Program-made: the position numbers and the translations under genes
Part shown: one piece after another, positions 39,543-48,800 of the stretch
Layout: the number at the start of each line of letters is the position of its first letter
Numbering within the stretch: the stretch's first letter is position 1
Notes under the pieces: model-generated
Database searches by the model: none
What the model was told of the DNA's origin: nothing
The model's input: only the letters and a program-made list of their open reading frames with translations
Virus record (IMG/VR): IMGVR_UViG_3300026320_000001
Location: 83,694-147,693 of that record
Length of the DNA: 64,000 nucleotides
DNA from: a virus
Strand: one strand, 5' to 3'

Positions 39543-40496
39543 TTATTTTTCGCTTTCATTTTCAGAATCATTTAATTCAATTTCTGTTTCATTATTTTCG
39601 CCTGATTTTATAACAAAATCTCTTGAACGAGTAATAAAATTTTTTATAGGTCTAACAATAAAATTTTCAAAATATTCATTTATATTGTCAACGTCTTTAA
39701 ATAATTCTCTATTTTCATTCCACCATTCGGCTGGTTCTTTTTGTTCAATATCTTTTATCCAAACTCCGAATGCTTCTTGATTTTTTCCAGAAGATGCAAC
39801 ATTTTGTTTGGCAGGGTCTAATGCCGCTGTTTTCAAAATCTCTTGCAATTGTTTTTGTAATTTAGAAACATCTAAATTTTGAACTCTCTTATTTCTAATT
39901 GCTAATTGGGTAAAACATATCTCCCTAATCATAACAATATCTGAATTTCCACCAATTGAATTATCTTCTTTCCATCTTGCTAATTCTTTTTCTAAATATT
40001 CATAATCTTCAAAACTTAAACCTTCGCCCCAAAAATCATTTAAATATTCTTGAAAATCTTCAGATTCATTAGAAATTTCATCGTTATTAATATTTTTAGT
40101 AAATCCATTATATTCATATTTTCCTGATAATGAAGGATTTAATTTTAATTGTTTTCCTAAATGTGATTTATATAATGAAAATAAATTTTTACTCAATACT
40201 TTATCACCCAATGTTTCCATATGTAACTCTAAAGAATCTATAACAGATTCCATATATGCAACATCAACAATTTGACATGTTTTATGGATTGCTTCTTTTA
40301 AATCCATATAACTATTTTTTAAACAACCTTCAAATATTTCTGAAATACAAAGTTTACAGATAGACATAAAATTATTTGAATCTATATCTAAATTGACAGC
40401 AGAATAAAATTCTGTTGATTTTTTGATTTTCATACACTTGCGGCAATAGACTCCATCAACTTCAGTTATAAGTCTTTTGCTTTTTAGTCTTGCCAT
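39543..40496 (-). CDS. putative terminase small subunit
   Basis: CxxC pairs, WGEG...YEYL, FGVWIKDIE..EP; immediately upstream of TerL. Confidence 0.6.
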   Translation of the reverse strand: MARLKSKRLITEVDGVYCRKCMKIKKSTEFYSAVNLDIDSNNFMSICKLCISEIFEGCLKNSYMDLKEAIHKTCQIVDVAYMESVIDSLELHMETLGDKVLSKNLFSLYKSHLGKQLKLNPSLSGKYEYNGFTKNINNDEISNESEDFQEYLNDFWGEGLSFEDYEYLEKELARWKEDNSIGGNSDIVMIREICFTQLAIRNKRVQNLDVSKLQKQLQEILKTAALDPAKQNVASSGKNQEAFGVWIKDIEQKEPAEWWNENRELFKDVDNINEYFENFIVRPIKNFITRSRDFVIKSGENNETEIELNDSENESEK

Positions 40497-40530
40497 TTTA
40501 TATGACCTCCGAACTATTTCAGTTTAAAAC

Positions 40531-40555
40531 AAAAAAGACTCTATAAAGAGTCTTT
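40531..40555 (-). terminator. terminator, GACTCTATAAAGAGTC copy 1
   Basis: Hairpin followed by a U run on the minus strand. Confidence 0.65.
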
Positions 40556-40563
40556 CAATATAG

Positions 40564-40635
40564 AGCTACCAGCAGAAATTGAATCCACAAGACCTAATTA
40601 CAAGTTAGGCATTTTACCAGTTAAATTATGGTAGC
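40564..40635 (-). tRNA. tRNA-Thr(UGU), weak T-stem
   Basis: GCTACCA/TGGTAGC acceptor; CCTAA-CTTGTAA-TTAGG; TTCAATT T-loop. Confidence 0.75.
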
Positions 40636-40646
40636 AAAAGAAAAAA

Positions 40647-41270
40647 TTATTTTTTTCTATTAGTTCTTCCATTTCCTTTATTTTTTGCTTTAAAAGTTGG
40701 AAGAAGAGCATCACAATTATTGCAAACATATCTAAGATTATTTGGAAAATTATTATTATGATTTCCGTCTATATGGTCAACAACAACGGGAATTTCAACA
40801 TCATTCCAATTTTCTAATTCGCAAATTGAACATTTTTTATCAATATTTATTTTTCTAAAAAATCTTCTTGCTTCTTCGTCGTTCATTTCTCCAGCATTAT
40901 ATCTAGGTAAATTTTTTAAAAAACTATCTTTTTGATTTTTTTCAGCTTGACATTTTGTATTACAATATTTTCTATCACTTCTTCCATTTATTTTTTTACC
41001 ACAATTTATACAAAAAGAATCTTTTCTTCTTTGAATATAAATTTTTATGTTTTTATTAGAATAACTTGCTCCACAACTTTGAGAACAATAAGTATTAACT
41101 CTTTTTTCATAATCAATTGGTTTATTGCATTCTAAACATAATTTTGGATTATTTTCGTATTTATTTTTTGCTTTTAATCCATTTTCAATTGTTAAATTTC
41201 TTCCAATTTTTAATTTATCATTTGCTCTTTTTCTGCTTGCTTTTGATTTATATCTTCCTGAACTTTTCAT
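40647..41270 (-). CDS. HNH endonuclease
   Basis: CSIC...VVDHIDGNHNNNFPNNLRYVCNNCD; N-terminal CxxC repeats. Confidence 0.88.
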   Translation of the reverse strand: MKSSGRYKSKASRKRANDKLKIGRNLTIENGLKAKNKYENNPKLCLECNKPIDYEKRVNTYCSQSCGASYSNKNIKIYIQRRKDSFCINCGKKINGRSDRKYCNTKCQAEKNQKDSFLKNLPRYNAGEMNDEEARRFFRKINIDKKCSICELENWNDVEIPVVVDHIDGNHNNNFPNNLRYVCNNCDALLPTFKAKNKGNGRTNRKK

Positions 41271-41285
41271 TTTTTATTTTCCCAT

Positions 41286-41368
41286 AATCCCACAAATATA
41301 ATTAAAAAGAAAGAAGCCGGGGATTCGGCTTTTCGATTGGTTCATGACTTCCAATCTATCTATCTTTT
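41286..41368 (-). ncRNA. structured 5' leader RNA, copy 2
   Basis: P2 GATTGG/CCAATC, GAAA junction, P3 AGCCG/CGGCT with loop AATCCC complementary to downstream GGGATT. Confidence 0.55.
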
Positions 41369-41370
41369 AG

Positions 41371-41441
41371 TTGCGCGAGCAAGAATCGAACTTGCGGCAA
41401 GAGGTTATGGGCCTCCTGTGTTACCACTACACCATCTCGCA
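41371..41441 (-). tRNA. tRNA with CAU anticodon (Met, or possibly Ile2)
   Basis: GTGT/ACAC D-stem; GGAGG-CCCATAA-CCTCT; GCAAG-TTCGATT-CTTGC; one acceptor mismatch. Confidence 0.75.
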
Positions 41442-41451
41442 TCGTAAAAAC

Positions 41452-41480
41452 ATGTTATCATATAAACATGATTTTGTCAA
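41452..41480 (-). promoter_or_regulatory. sigma70-type promoter for the tRNA/HNH cassette
   Basis: TTGACA-17-TAACAT with extended TG. Confidence 0.65.
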
Positions 41481-41486
41481 GAGGTT

Positions 41487-41510
41487 AAAAAGGACTCTAT
41501 AAAGAGTCCT
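41487..41510 (-). terminator. terminator, GACTCTATAAAGAGTC copy 2
   Basis: Hairpin followed by a U run on the minus strand. Confidence 0.65.
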
Positions 41511-41597
41511 CTCTAACAAATATATTTAATTTCCCCCATATTTATAATAAATAGAAACAATAAAAAATAAATTCTTAATAAATATAGAAAAATTTAT

Positions 41598-42506
41598 TTA
41601 ATTTTTTAATAAATTTTCTTTTTTAAATTTAGACAAAATATTTTTTCCATATCTATGTAAAGAACCGCATTTATCACATCTCAAAGATTCATACATTCCT
41701 TGACCTGAAGGATATTTTCCTTCATTTGTAAATTCTGTTCCCAAACAATTAGGACATTGTTTTGTTTCCAAATTATTGTGTCTGGCAAGATTTGGGTGAT
41801 TTGGAATGAATCCCCTAAGTTTGTAATACAAAGTTTCTGTAGCTATAACATCACCCACATTATAAGAAAGCATCGTATTCAGGGACTTGTCATCCCCATT
41901 AGAACAGGCTATCCATAAAGGAAAACCATCATTATCAATTTTATTTCTAATACCTAATTTTTTATTTATTTCAGTTAATTTATTTGAAGTAAATCTGAAA
42001 TTATTTCTAGCTACTTGTAAAGTATCTATGGTCAAATATTTTACTGGTTTTGCATACATCAAAAAATAATTATTTAAAGTTTTTCCATCATAATTAAGAA
42101 AATTATGTCCAATTATTATATCACATGAATTAACAAATTCAAATGCAGATAAAGAAATTCTTTCTGGATTTCTATTTATGGCTTCTTCTGATGTCAGAAT
42201 ATCTGAATATATTTTATTTGAATTCAAATATTTTCCAGCCCAACTAAGAAGACATAAATCTTCTATCATTTGTTCTCCACCTAGATATTGTTCTCTCATT
42301 CCCCATGAATAAAATTTAGCCGGTAAATTTTCTATATCCATCACGCCAATTTTAAAAGTATCAGTTTTTGCATTTACTTCAAAAAATTCTACAGGAATGG
42401 AATCCCATGTACCACAATCTTGACATTCTATTCTTTTTTTTGTTCTGGATTTATTAAATCCTCTTTGTTGAATATTTTCTGAACTACATTCTTTGCAGGT
42501 AATCAA
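41598..42506 (-). CDS. RNase H-like (DEDD) 3'-5' exonuclease with zinc fingers
   Basis: VMDIE, GHN..YD, IDTL, YNVGDV; CxxC pairs at both ends. Confidence 0.85.
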   Translation of the reverse strand: MITCKECSSENIQQRGFNKSRTKKRIECQDCGTWDSIPVEFFEVNAKTDTFKIGVMDIENLPAKFYSWGMREQYLGGEQMIEDLCLLSWAGKYLNSNKIYSDILTSEEAINRNPERISLSAFEFVNSCDIIIGHNFLNYDGKTLNNYFLMYAKPVKYLTIDTLQVARNNFRFTSNKLTEINKKLGIRNKIDNDGFPLWIACSNGDDKSLNTMLSYNVGDVIATETLYYKLRGFIPNHPNLARHNNLETKQCPNCLGTEFTNEGKYPSGQGMYESLRCDKCGSLHRYGKNILSKFKKENLLKN

Positions 42507-42572
42507 TTTTATCTCCTAATTTGGATATGTTATAAAAATACATATCCCCCTAATTACATTTCCCACATTTAG

Positions 42573-42644
42573 CTGGCACGACAGGACTTGAACCCATATG
42601 ACGATATTAACAGTATCGCATCTTGCCTATTAGATGACACGCCA
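42573..42644 (-). tRNA. tRNA-Asn(GUU)
   Basis: CGATA-CTGTTAA-TATCG arm; TTCAAGT T-loop; several G.U pairs. Confidence 0.75.
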
Positions 42645-42661
42645 AAATTTATTTATTACAG

Positions 42662-42736
42662 TCAGTGTAGCAGGATTTGAACCTGCGAACCTCGCCGCCC
42701 CAAACGGCTTGCTCTACCGAACTGAGCTACACACTG
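42662..42736 (-). tRNA. tRNA-Pro(UGG)
   Basis: CAGTGTG/TACACTG; GCTC/GAGC; TTTGGGG loop; GCAGG-TTCAAAT-CCTGC. Confidence 0.9.
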
Positions 42737-42759
42737 ATATTTATTTTTTTTCTTACAAG

Positions 42760-42831
42760 TCCAGTTATAGGAACTCGAATCCTAATTTGCAGGGTGAAAA
42801 CCTGCCGTCATGACCTTTAGACCATAACCGG
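42760..42831 (-). tRNA. tRNA-Glu(UUC)
   Basis: GCAGG-TTTTCAC-CCTGC; TAGGA-TTCGAGT-TCCTA. Confidence 0.8.
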
Positions 42832-42835
42832 ATAG

Positions 42836-42906
42836 AGCAGGTAAAGGGAATCAAACCCTTATCATCAGTTTGGAAAACTGAGGCACAATCAATATACCAT
42901 ACCCGC
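42836..42906 (-). tRNA. tRNA-Gly(UCC), degenerate D and T loops
   Basis: GCGGGTA/TACCTGC; TCAGT-TTTCCAA-ACTGA; AAGGG-TTTGATT-CCCTT. Confidence 0.72.
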
Positions 42907-42943
42907 ATTTAGGTCTATTTCTAGACCCATTTATATTCTCTAA

Positions 42944-42972
42944 ATTCTACCACATTATGTTATTTTTGTCAA
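42944..42972 (-). promoter_or_regulatory. sigma70-type promoter of the tRNA cluster
   Basis: TTGACA-17-TAGAAT with extended TG. Confidence 0.8.
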
Positions 42973-42978
42973 GGGATA

Positions 42979-43278
42979 TTATTTATCAAGTTTATCTTGT
43001 TGATGAAATAATTGTCCCAAATAGTAAACACCAAAAATTGAACTAATAATCATAAATATAGGTGTTGCAATTGTCATAAAAGCATCAGTTGCATATGTCA
43101 ATATCAAATATGCTCCAACACCAATTGCGGCACTTCCCAAGAACGATAAAAATTGTTTTTGGGCTGAATTATATTTTGTTTGAAACCAGTTCCATCTTTC
43201 GACTAAAAAAGATACAACGGCCACACTTCCACCACCGAAAGCAAGAAATTGCAAAAATCCAATTAAAGTTATATTCAT
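42979..43278 (-). CDS. holin-like membrane protein
   Basis: Three hydrophobic segments, charged C-terminus, AGGAGG RBS. Confidence 0.55.
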   Translation of the reverse strand: MNITLIGFLQFLAFGGGSVAVVSFLVERWNWFQTKYNSAQKQFLSFLGSAAIGVGAYLILTYATDAFMTIATPIFMIISSIFGVYYLGQLFHQQDKLDK

Positions 43279-43304
43279 TTTTCCTCCTATTTTTTAAAAC
43301 ATTA

Positions 43305-43619
43305 TTATGAAACCATTATTGTATAATTTCTCGGTACAAGACCACCAGCATTTCCCGATGTATAAGTCCATGTTATATCAGGATAAATTTTTACATGCTC
43401 CCATTTTTGCCAATCATAAGGATATGTTGGATATGTTGGATATGTTGGATATGTTGGATAAACATATGGTCTATCAACATAAATAGTTTCTTTTTCTGGT
43501 TGAATGCCCAACAGATTAGTCAAAGCTTCTTGTAATTCTATTGCTTGTTCAACCGTCAATTCAGCTTCTTTATTTCCTATCTTTATTGTTATTTTAGATA
43601 TTTGTACATCTTTATTCAT
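43305..43619 (-). CDS. hypothetical protein with a PTY repeat
   Basis: 104-aa ORF with AGGAG RBS. Confidence 0.7.
   Translation of the reverse strand: MNKDVQISKITIKIGNKEAELTVEQAIELQEALTNLLGIQPEKETIYVDRPYVYPTYPTYPTYPTYPYDWQKWEHVKIYPDITWTYTSGNAGGLVPRNYTIMVS
43420..43460. repeat. 9-bp tandem repeat GGATATGTT x4.5
   Basis: Directly visible; encodes (PTY)4. Confidence 0.95.
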
Positions 43620-43657
43620 TTTTAAATCTCCTTAATATTAATAAAAAACCAATTTTA

Positions 43658-43936
43658 TCAAGGTTTTATTTCTGTAGTTTGTTCTGAAACTTCTTCTATA
43701 CTTTCAGATTCTTCGTTTTCATCATTAAGCATATGATACATTCTATGGTCGAATTCTGCTTCGGCTGTTTCACTTGTAAGAGCAAGTGTTTCTAAAATAA
43801 CCATTCCGGCTTTTGCCATAAGTAAAGGGATATTGTCAGACATGAATCCTTGAGGCCATGATTCTTCGCCAAAATTTGCTTCACACCATGTTTCTAAAGT
43901 TTGAGCTAAATCTGATTCTAATTTTGGATGTAACAT
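43658..43936 (-). CDS. acidic hypothetical protein
   Basis: 92-aa ORF, translationally coupled. Confidence 0.7.
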   Translation of the reverse strand: MLHPKLESDLAQTLETWCEANFGEESWPQGFMSDNIPLLMAKAGMVILETLALTSETAEAEFDHRMYHMLNDENEESESIEEVSEQTTEIKP

Positions 43937-44313
43937 TATTTATTCTCCATTTCTGAAATCGCAATATCATTTGCTTTACTTTTAATTTTTCTTTTTTCTG
44001 GACTTCTCAAAAGGTCACGTAAATTTTGACCCAATTGTACTACTGCACGTTTACCGGCAGGAAAATCTTGGTAAATTGTTTTTCCTTGTAAACGACTTTC
44101 TCTTGCATTTACACCTTTTCTAGCTGGTAAAATTTGTATATAAAGATGCATTAAGCCTCTAATATCTATATCAATTCCGTTTTCAATTGATTCGGCAAAT
44201 ATGTCTTCAAATGTTTTCAGAAATATTTTTGCATCATTGACTGTAAAGCTTCCTCGTTCGGCAAGCATTTGTATAAATTGGTCACGGTCAATAAAATTTG
44301 TATTTTTAGTCAT
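43936..44313 (-). CDS. HU/IHF-like DNA-binding protein
   Basis: R.QFI..LA.R, IDIRGL, PARKGVN arm; near a YonO-like RNAP as in SPbeta-type layouts. Confidence 0.75.
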   Translation of the reverse strand: MTKNTNFIDRDQFIQMLAERGSFTVNDAKIFLKTFEDIFAESIENGIDIDIRGLMHLYIQILPARKGVNARESRLQGKTIYQDFPAGKRAVVQLGQNLRDLLRSPEKRKIKSKANDIAISEMENK

Positions 44314-44349
44314 TTTTTACTCTTCTCCTACCAATATATAATGGGGTAC

Positions 44350-45132
44350 TTAACTTTCGCCATTTTTCACAAGTCTTTTTTTAGATTCGAGTTTAATTTT
44401 ATTTAAATATGTTTTATAACATTCTATACAAAAATCATGTTTTTTAGATTTTACTATTTCTTTTCCACATTCTACACAAAAATATTGTATAAAAGAAGTT
44501 ATATTGTTTATATCTGTAATCACCATAAAATGTTTTCCTTTATCATCGGCAAAATTCAGTTTAAAACTTTTATCACTAAAAAGATTTGTTTCGATAAACC
44601 CTCTAATACCATCTAATTCATATTTTATTCTATTAGATTCTTTTTCTGTAGGATGAGAAAATCCAGCAAAATATAATACAAAATTGAAATCCATATTTAA
44701 ATAATAAGCATGACTTTTTCTTTTTATTTCTTTTATTCTAGCCGTAGAAAATTTTTGAAGTCTAGCCAAAACTATCATGGTAAAAAGAATTCGATATAAT
44801 TTATGAGGTAATTTTTTTATTTTTTCTATTTCAGAAACATAAACTGGTATATTCATTGTTCCCGATTTTAATTTATACATTTTTGATTTTCTTATGGATT
44901 TATTTATCATGTTTTGATAAATAACAGGATTGAAATATTCATCCTCATTCTTACAAAAATCAATTATCATATTGTAAATAGTCTTATCTTTATGACCTTG
45001 CATATGAAAATATTTACTCAACAAACCTAATTCATAATTGTTTATTACATGACCAGTAAAGCCATATTTAATTATCTGGTTAGATTTACTTATTTCGTCC
45101 AGTATCGGGAGTCTCTTTGGCAATGGAATCAA
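44350..45132 (-). CDS. hypothetical protein with C-terminal zinc finger
   Basis: CVECGK...FCIEC; start uncertain. Confidence 0.7.
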   Translation of the reverse strand: MIPLPKRLPILDEISKSNQIIKYGFTGHVINNYELGLLSKYFHMQGHKDKTIYNMIIDFCKNEDEYFNPVIYQNMINKSIRKSKMYKLKSGTMNIPVYVSEIEKIKKLPHKLYRILFTMIVLARLQKFSTARIKEIKRKSHAYYLNMDFNFVLYFAGFSHPTEKESNRIKYELDGIRGFIETNLFSDKSFKLNFADDKGKHFMVITDINNITSFIQYFCVECGKEIVKSKKHDFCIECYKTYLNKIKLESKKRLVKNGES

Positions 45133-45805
45133 TTCTCCTTTTTGCTATCTTATATTTTATTTTATCATATTCAATACCAATAACATTTCTATTATTTTTT
45201 AATCCCCAAGAAATTGTTGTACCTGAACCAACAAATGGGTCAACTATTAAATCACCTTCATCGGTATATGGAAGTAAAATTCTATCCATAAGTTTTAAAG
45301 GTTTTTGCCATTCTACAAGTTTTCCGGTTTCAGGATTAGATATGCGTTCTTTGGCAACAGTGGTTAAACAAATATCGTCTATCCAAGCTGTTGCTTTTTT
45401 TGTTATTCTTCCCGAGGGATTCAATCTCTTAGAACCTGTGGTTGCTTTTGGGACTTGAATCCTGTCAGGATAAAATTTATAATTTGAACCTTTACAATAA
45501 ATGAGTATGTCATCATAGCATTGATGAAATTTATTAGATGGAGAACGCCCCCATTCGTTTTTCCATACAAGATGATTTAAAAATGTTGCGCCATTGATTT
45601 CATCTTCCATATAAACCCTGAATCTATGTTGACTATGAAAATCAGTCATGGCAATAAATATTCCGCCATCTTTTAACATGTCATAATAATGGTCTACCCA
45701 ATTAAAATCAAGGTTTTCATATATATAATCAGCAAAGATAATATCAACTGTTTTACTGTCTCTATTGAACTTCATATTGTCCATGTTCAAAAGTTTGTAA
45801 GTCAT
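45086..45805 (-). CDS. N4/N6 DNA methyltransferase (beta class), atypical motif IV
   Basis: QKP..LM, GDLIVDPFVGSGTT, IGIE; DYIY where DPPY is expected. Confidence 0.8.
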   Translation of the reverse strand: MTYKLLNMDNMKFNRDSKTVDIIFADYIYENLDFNWVDHYYDMLKDGGIFIAMTDFHSQHRFRVYMEDEINGATFLNHLVWKNEWGRSPSNKFHQCYDDILIYCKGSNYKFYPDRIQVPKATTGSKRLNPSGRITKKATAWIDDICLTTVAKERISNPETGKLVEWQKPLKLMDRILLPYTDEGDLIVDPFVGSGTTISWGLKNNRNVIGIEYDKIKYKIAKRRIDSIAKETPDTGRNK

Positions 45806-48800
45806 TTATTCTAAATTCCTTTTCTGAGTAATTTTTATTGAGAAAATTTATTTTTCCCATATGGTCTAAAATTGGAACAATTATTTTTCTATTGGAATTT
45901 GAGAGCATATTATTTATAATGCCCTCCCCGAACAGGCTCCAACACATTTCACTTTGAGAATTGTTTTGATAACAAACTCGAACAGCAAGATTTGCTAGTT
46001 CATTTATATTAGAGGATATATTAAACAAGGCTTTATTTTTTATTGCCGCCGCCATTTGTTCAAAGTTTTCATAATCGCTGGTTTCATAAGTTTTTCTTTT
46101 AAAGGATTTATATTCTTTATATAATTCTTCCATTTTTTCCAGTTTTATTTTATTTAATGAAATGTTTTTATCAATATATATATTAAAATCAAAATTAAAA
46201 TCTTTTTTCAATGAAATTTTATATTCTTTTATCTGATTTGAAATATATTTATAAACTTTATCCATAATTCCATTTGAATTAATTAAAAATGGAATATATT
46301 TAACATATTTTTCATATATTTCTTGTTCTTTTTTATGTCTTTTTTTAGATAATAAAACATCTAATCCATATCCAAATTTAGATTGACAATAATTTTCATA
46401 AATTTTATTATATTTTTTATATTCATTCATCTTGTGAGGGTAAAGATAGGTCATCCAAAGAGGACGTTTATCAATAATAATTTTATTTTGAATATTTATC
46501 TGTTCTATCTCTTGTAATGTCATGGAAGATTTCAACTTAATCCATCTCCCCCATTCCGGTATTTTCTTGGTAATGATTCCTTTTTGTTTATCTATTTCAT
46601 TACCTTGTAGTTTACGACATATTTTTAATCTTTCCATAATCATTTTATATTCAATAGAATCTTTTTCAAATAATGAAAGCATTGAATATAATGTTGTGGA
46701 TTGATTTGTTATAAGTCCAATCTTTGAGCCAAAAGAATTGATGTCTGATAAAGCCAGATTATTATTTTCTATAATTCCTTTTGGTGCAGATTTTTTTTCA
46801 TATGATATTGGCAATCCATTGGATGTGCCTTGAATAAAAACATCATTATCTGTTGTGAATAAAATATCGAAATCAAACTTTTATACCCTCGGTTTCCCGA
46901 TATTTTTAAGGGGAATAGACTATATCTTTATCCAATTCAAAATTGGATATTTGGCATTTCCTAAGAATGAGTTTCACATTCAAAGTACGGTTTTCACCTA
47001 GTCGTTACATGTTCTATTTTCATAGCTTCACACGGTATTTACTTTATTGATTTATTTTATTTTTATTCTCTTTATTGGCAAAAGAAAATAAAAACCCTCT
47101 ATATAAAACTTTATTATTTATCATTGTTGATAGTCTATTTTGAACACTTTTAACCTTTTTAGCTCTCACAATTTTTTTCTCAATCAAAAATTCAGCACAA
47201 TGTTTTACAGTTAAAAATGTCTCAATAATTATATTATCTTTTATCATATCTACTGGTTTTGCCTTAGGATTATTTTCATAAGTTATGTTTCTATGATTCT
47301 CAACCCATTGATTGTATTTTTCTTCGCTCATTCTTTCTTTTGGTGAGACACCAAATTGAGAATTTTTATCACCAGTAACAGAAACACTTCTATTTTTCAA
47401 CCATTGTTCATATATTTCTGGAGTCATTCTTTCTTTTGGAGATACTCCGTACATTGGATTATTTTCACCTCTTAAAACTGGAAAAAATTTTCCACCCGGA
47501 GAAATATTGCATTGTGCTTGATTTATTTCTTTATATTTTTCAATATAATAGATTTCTCTTTCATAAGCAACATCTTCATCCAAATTATCTTCTAGGATTT
47601 TATAATCACAATCATATTTATTATAATATCTCATAAAATATATATTTCTTCTATTTAATCTTTTTGCTCTTCTTCCAGAACCTTTTCCTATGTAAAAAAC
47701 ATTATCTGTTTCTTTATTGAACCAAGCATAAACATAATGTTTATTCAAACCCATATCCTATCTGCCAATATTTAAAATCAATTTTAGTATTCCACCGTTA
47801 GCAGTATTTCTACCACACCTTATATTTATAAGTTAACCAAATTTTTTATTATACATTACTGTATAAGGAGACAGTGTTGTTCATCTCCATCACCATAAAG
47901 CATCATGTCAATACCATGAATATTGAAAACAATACCGCTTTTCAAATGACCATACCATTTATCAATTTCATTATTTCTAATTAGATTGAGAGTATTCATT
48001 TCACTTTTCCAAGTAAGAGGACTTCTGCCCGATGCAACTTTGAAAATATTTTGTTCTATCCAATAAGAAGAATAGTGTTCATGTTCTTCTAACAATCCTT
48101 TTACTGGTAAATTAAAAGCATGTTGACATAAAGCAAATGGGTCACTAATACAAACTTGATAATTACCATTTATCAGTAATCCACCAGTATATGATTCTCT
48201 TATTTTCTTATTTAGTGTTCTAGAAATATATTGTTTAATAAAATAATCTTTTGATGAATTTTTATTTATAAGTAATGCTTTTATATAATTATTATCAATT
48301 GATTTCCATTGAGTTTCATCAAATTTTTCTATAGATGTTCCCATTAAATAAAGAAGTGATTTTTCTGGAGACTCGAAACTTATTTCTTTAAAGTATTGAA
48401 TAGTGTCATTGCACAAATATTCAATATCTTTATTATCAATATCTAAAACTTGAATATATTGATAAGATGACCAGAAATTTTTCTTTTCTTCTTTTGGGGT
48501 TTGACGAGAGATTCCCCAAGAAAGATTATTTGATTCACAATTTGTTTTATAGTTTTCTAAATTAGAATAAGAACTCCATAGCTTAAATTGAGAAGCTGTA
48601 AGTATGCAATCTATATCGTTCACATTATGTAAATTACCCCATACATCAATTATATTTTCCACATTATATTCTTTTGCAAATCCATGAATATCAAAAGATA
48701 CACATTGACCCTTTAAAAATGAACCTCGAATACAAAAAGAATTTGGAATATAATCTAATTCCATTTCACTTGACCATATCTTGGAAAATTCTAATGATAT

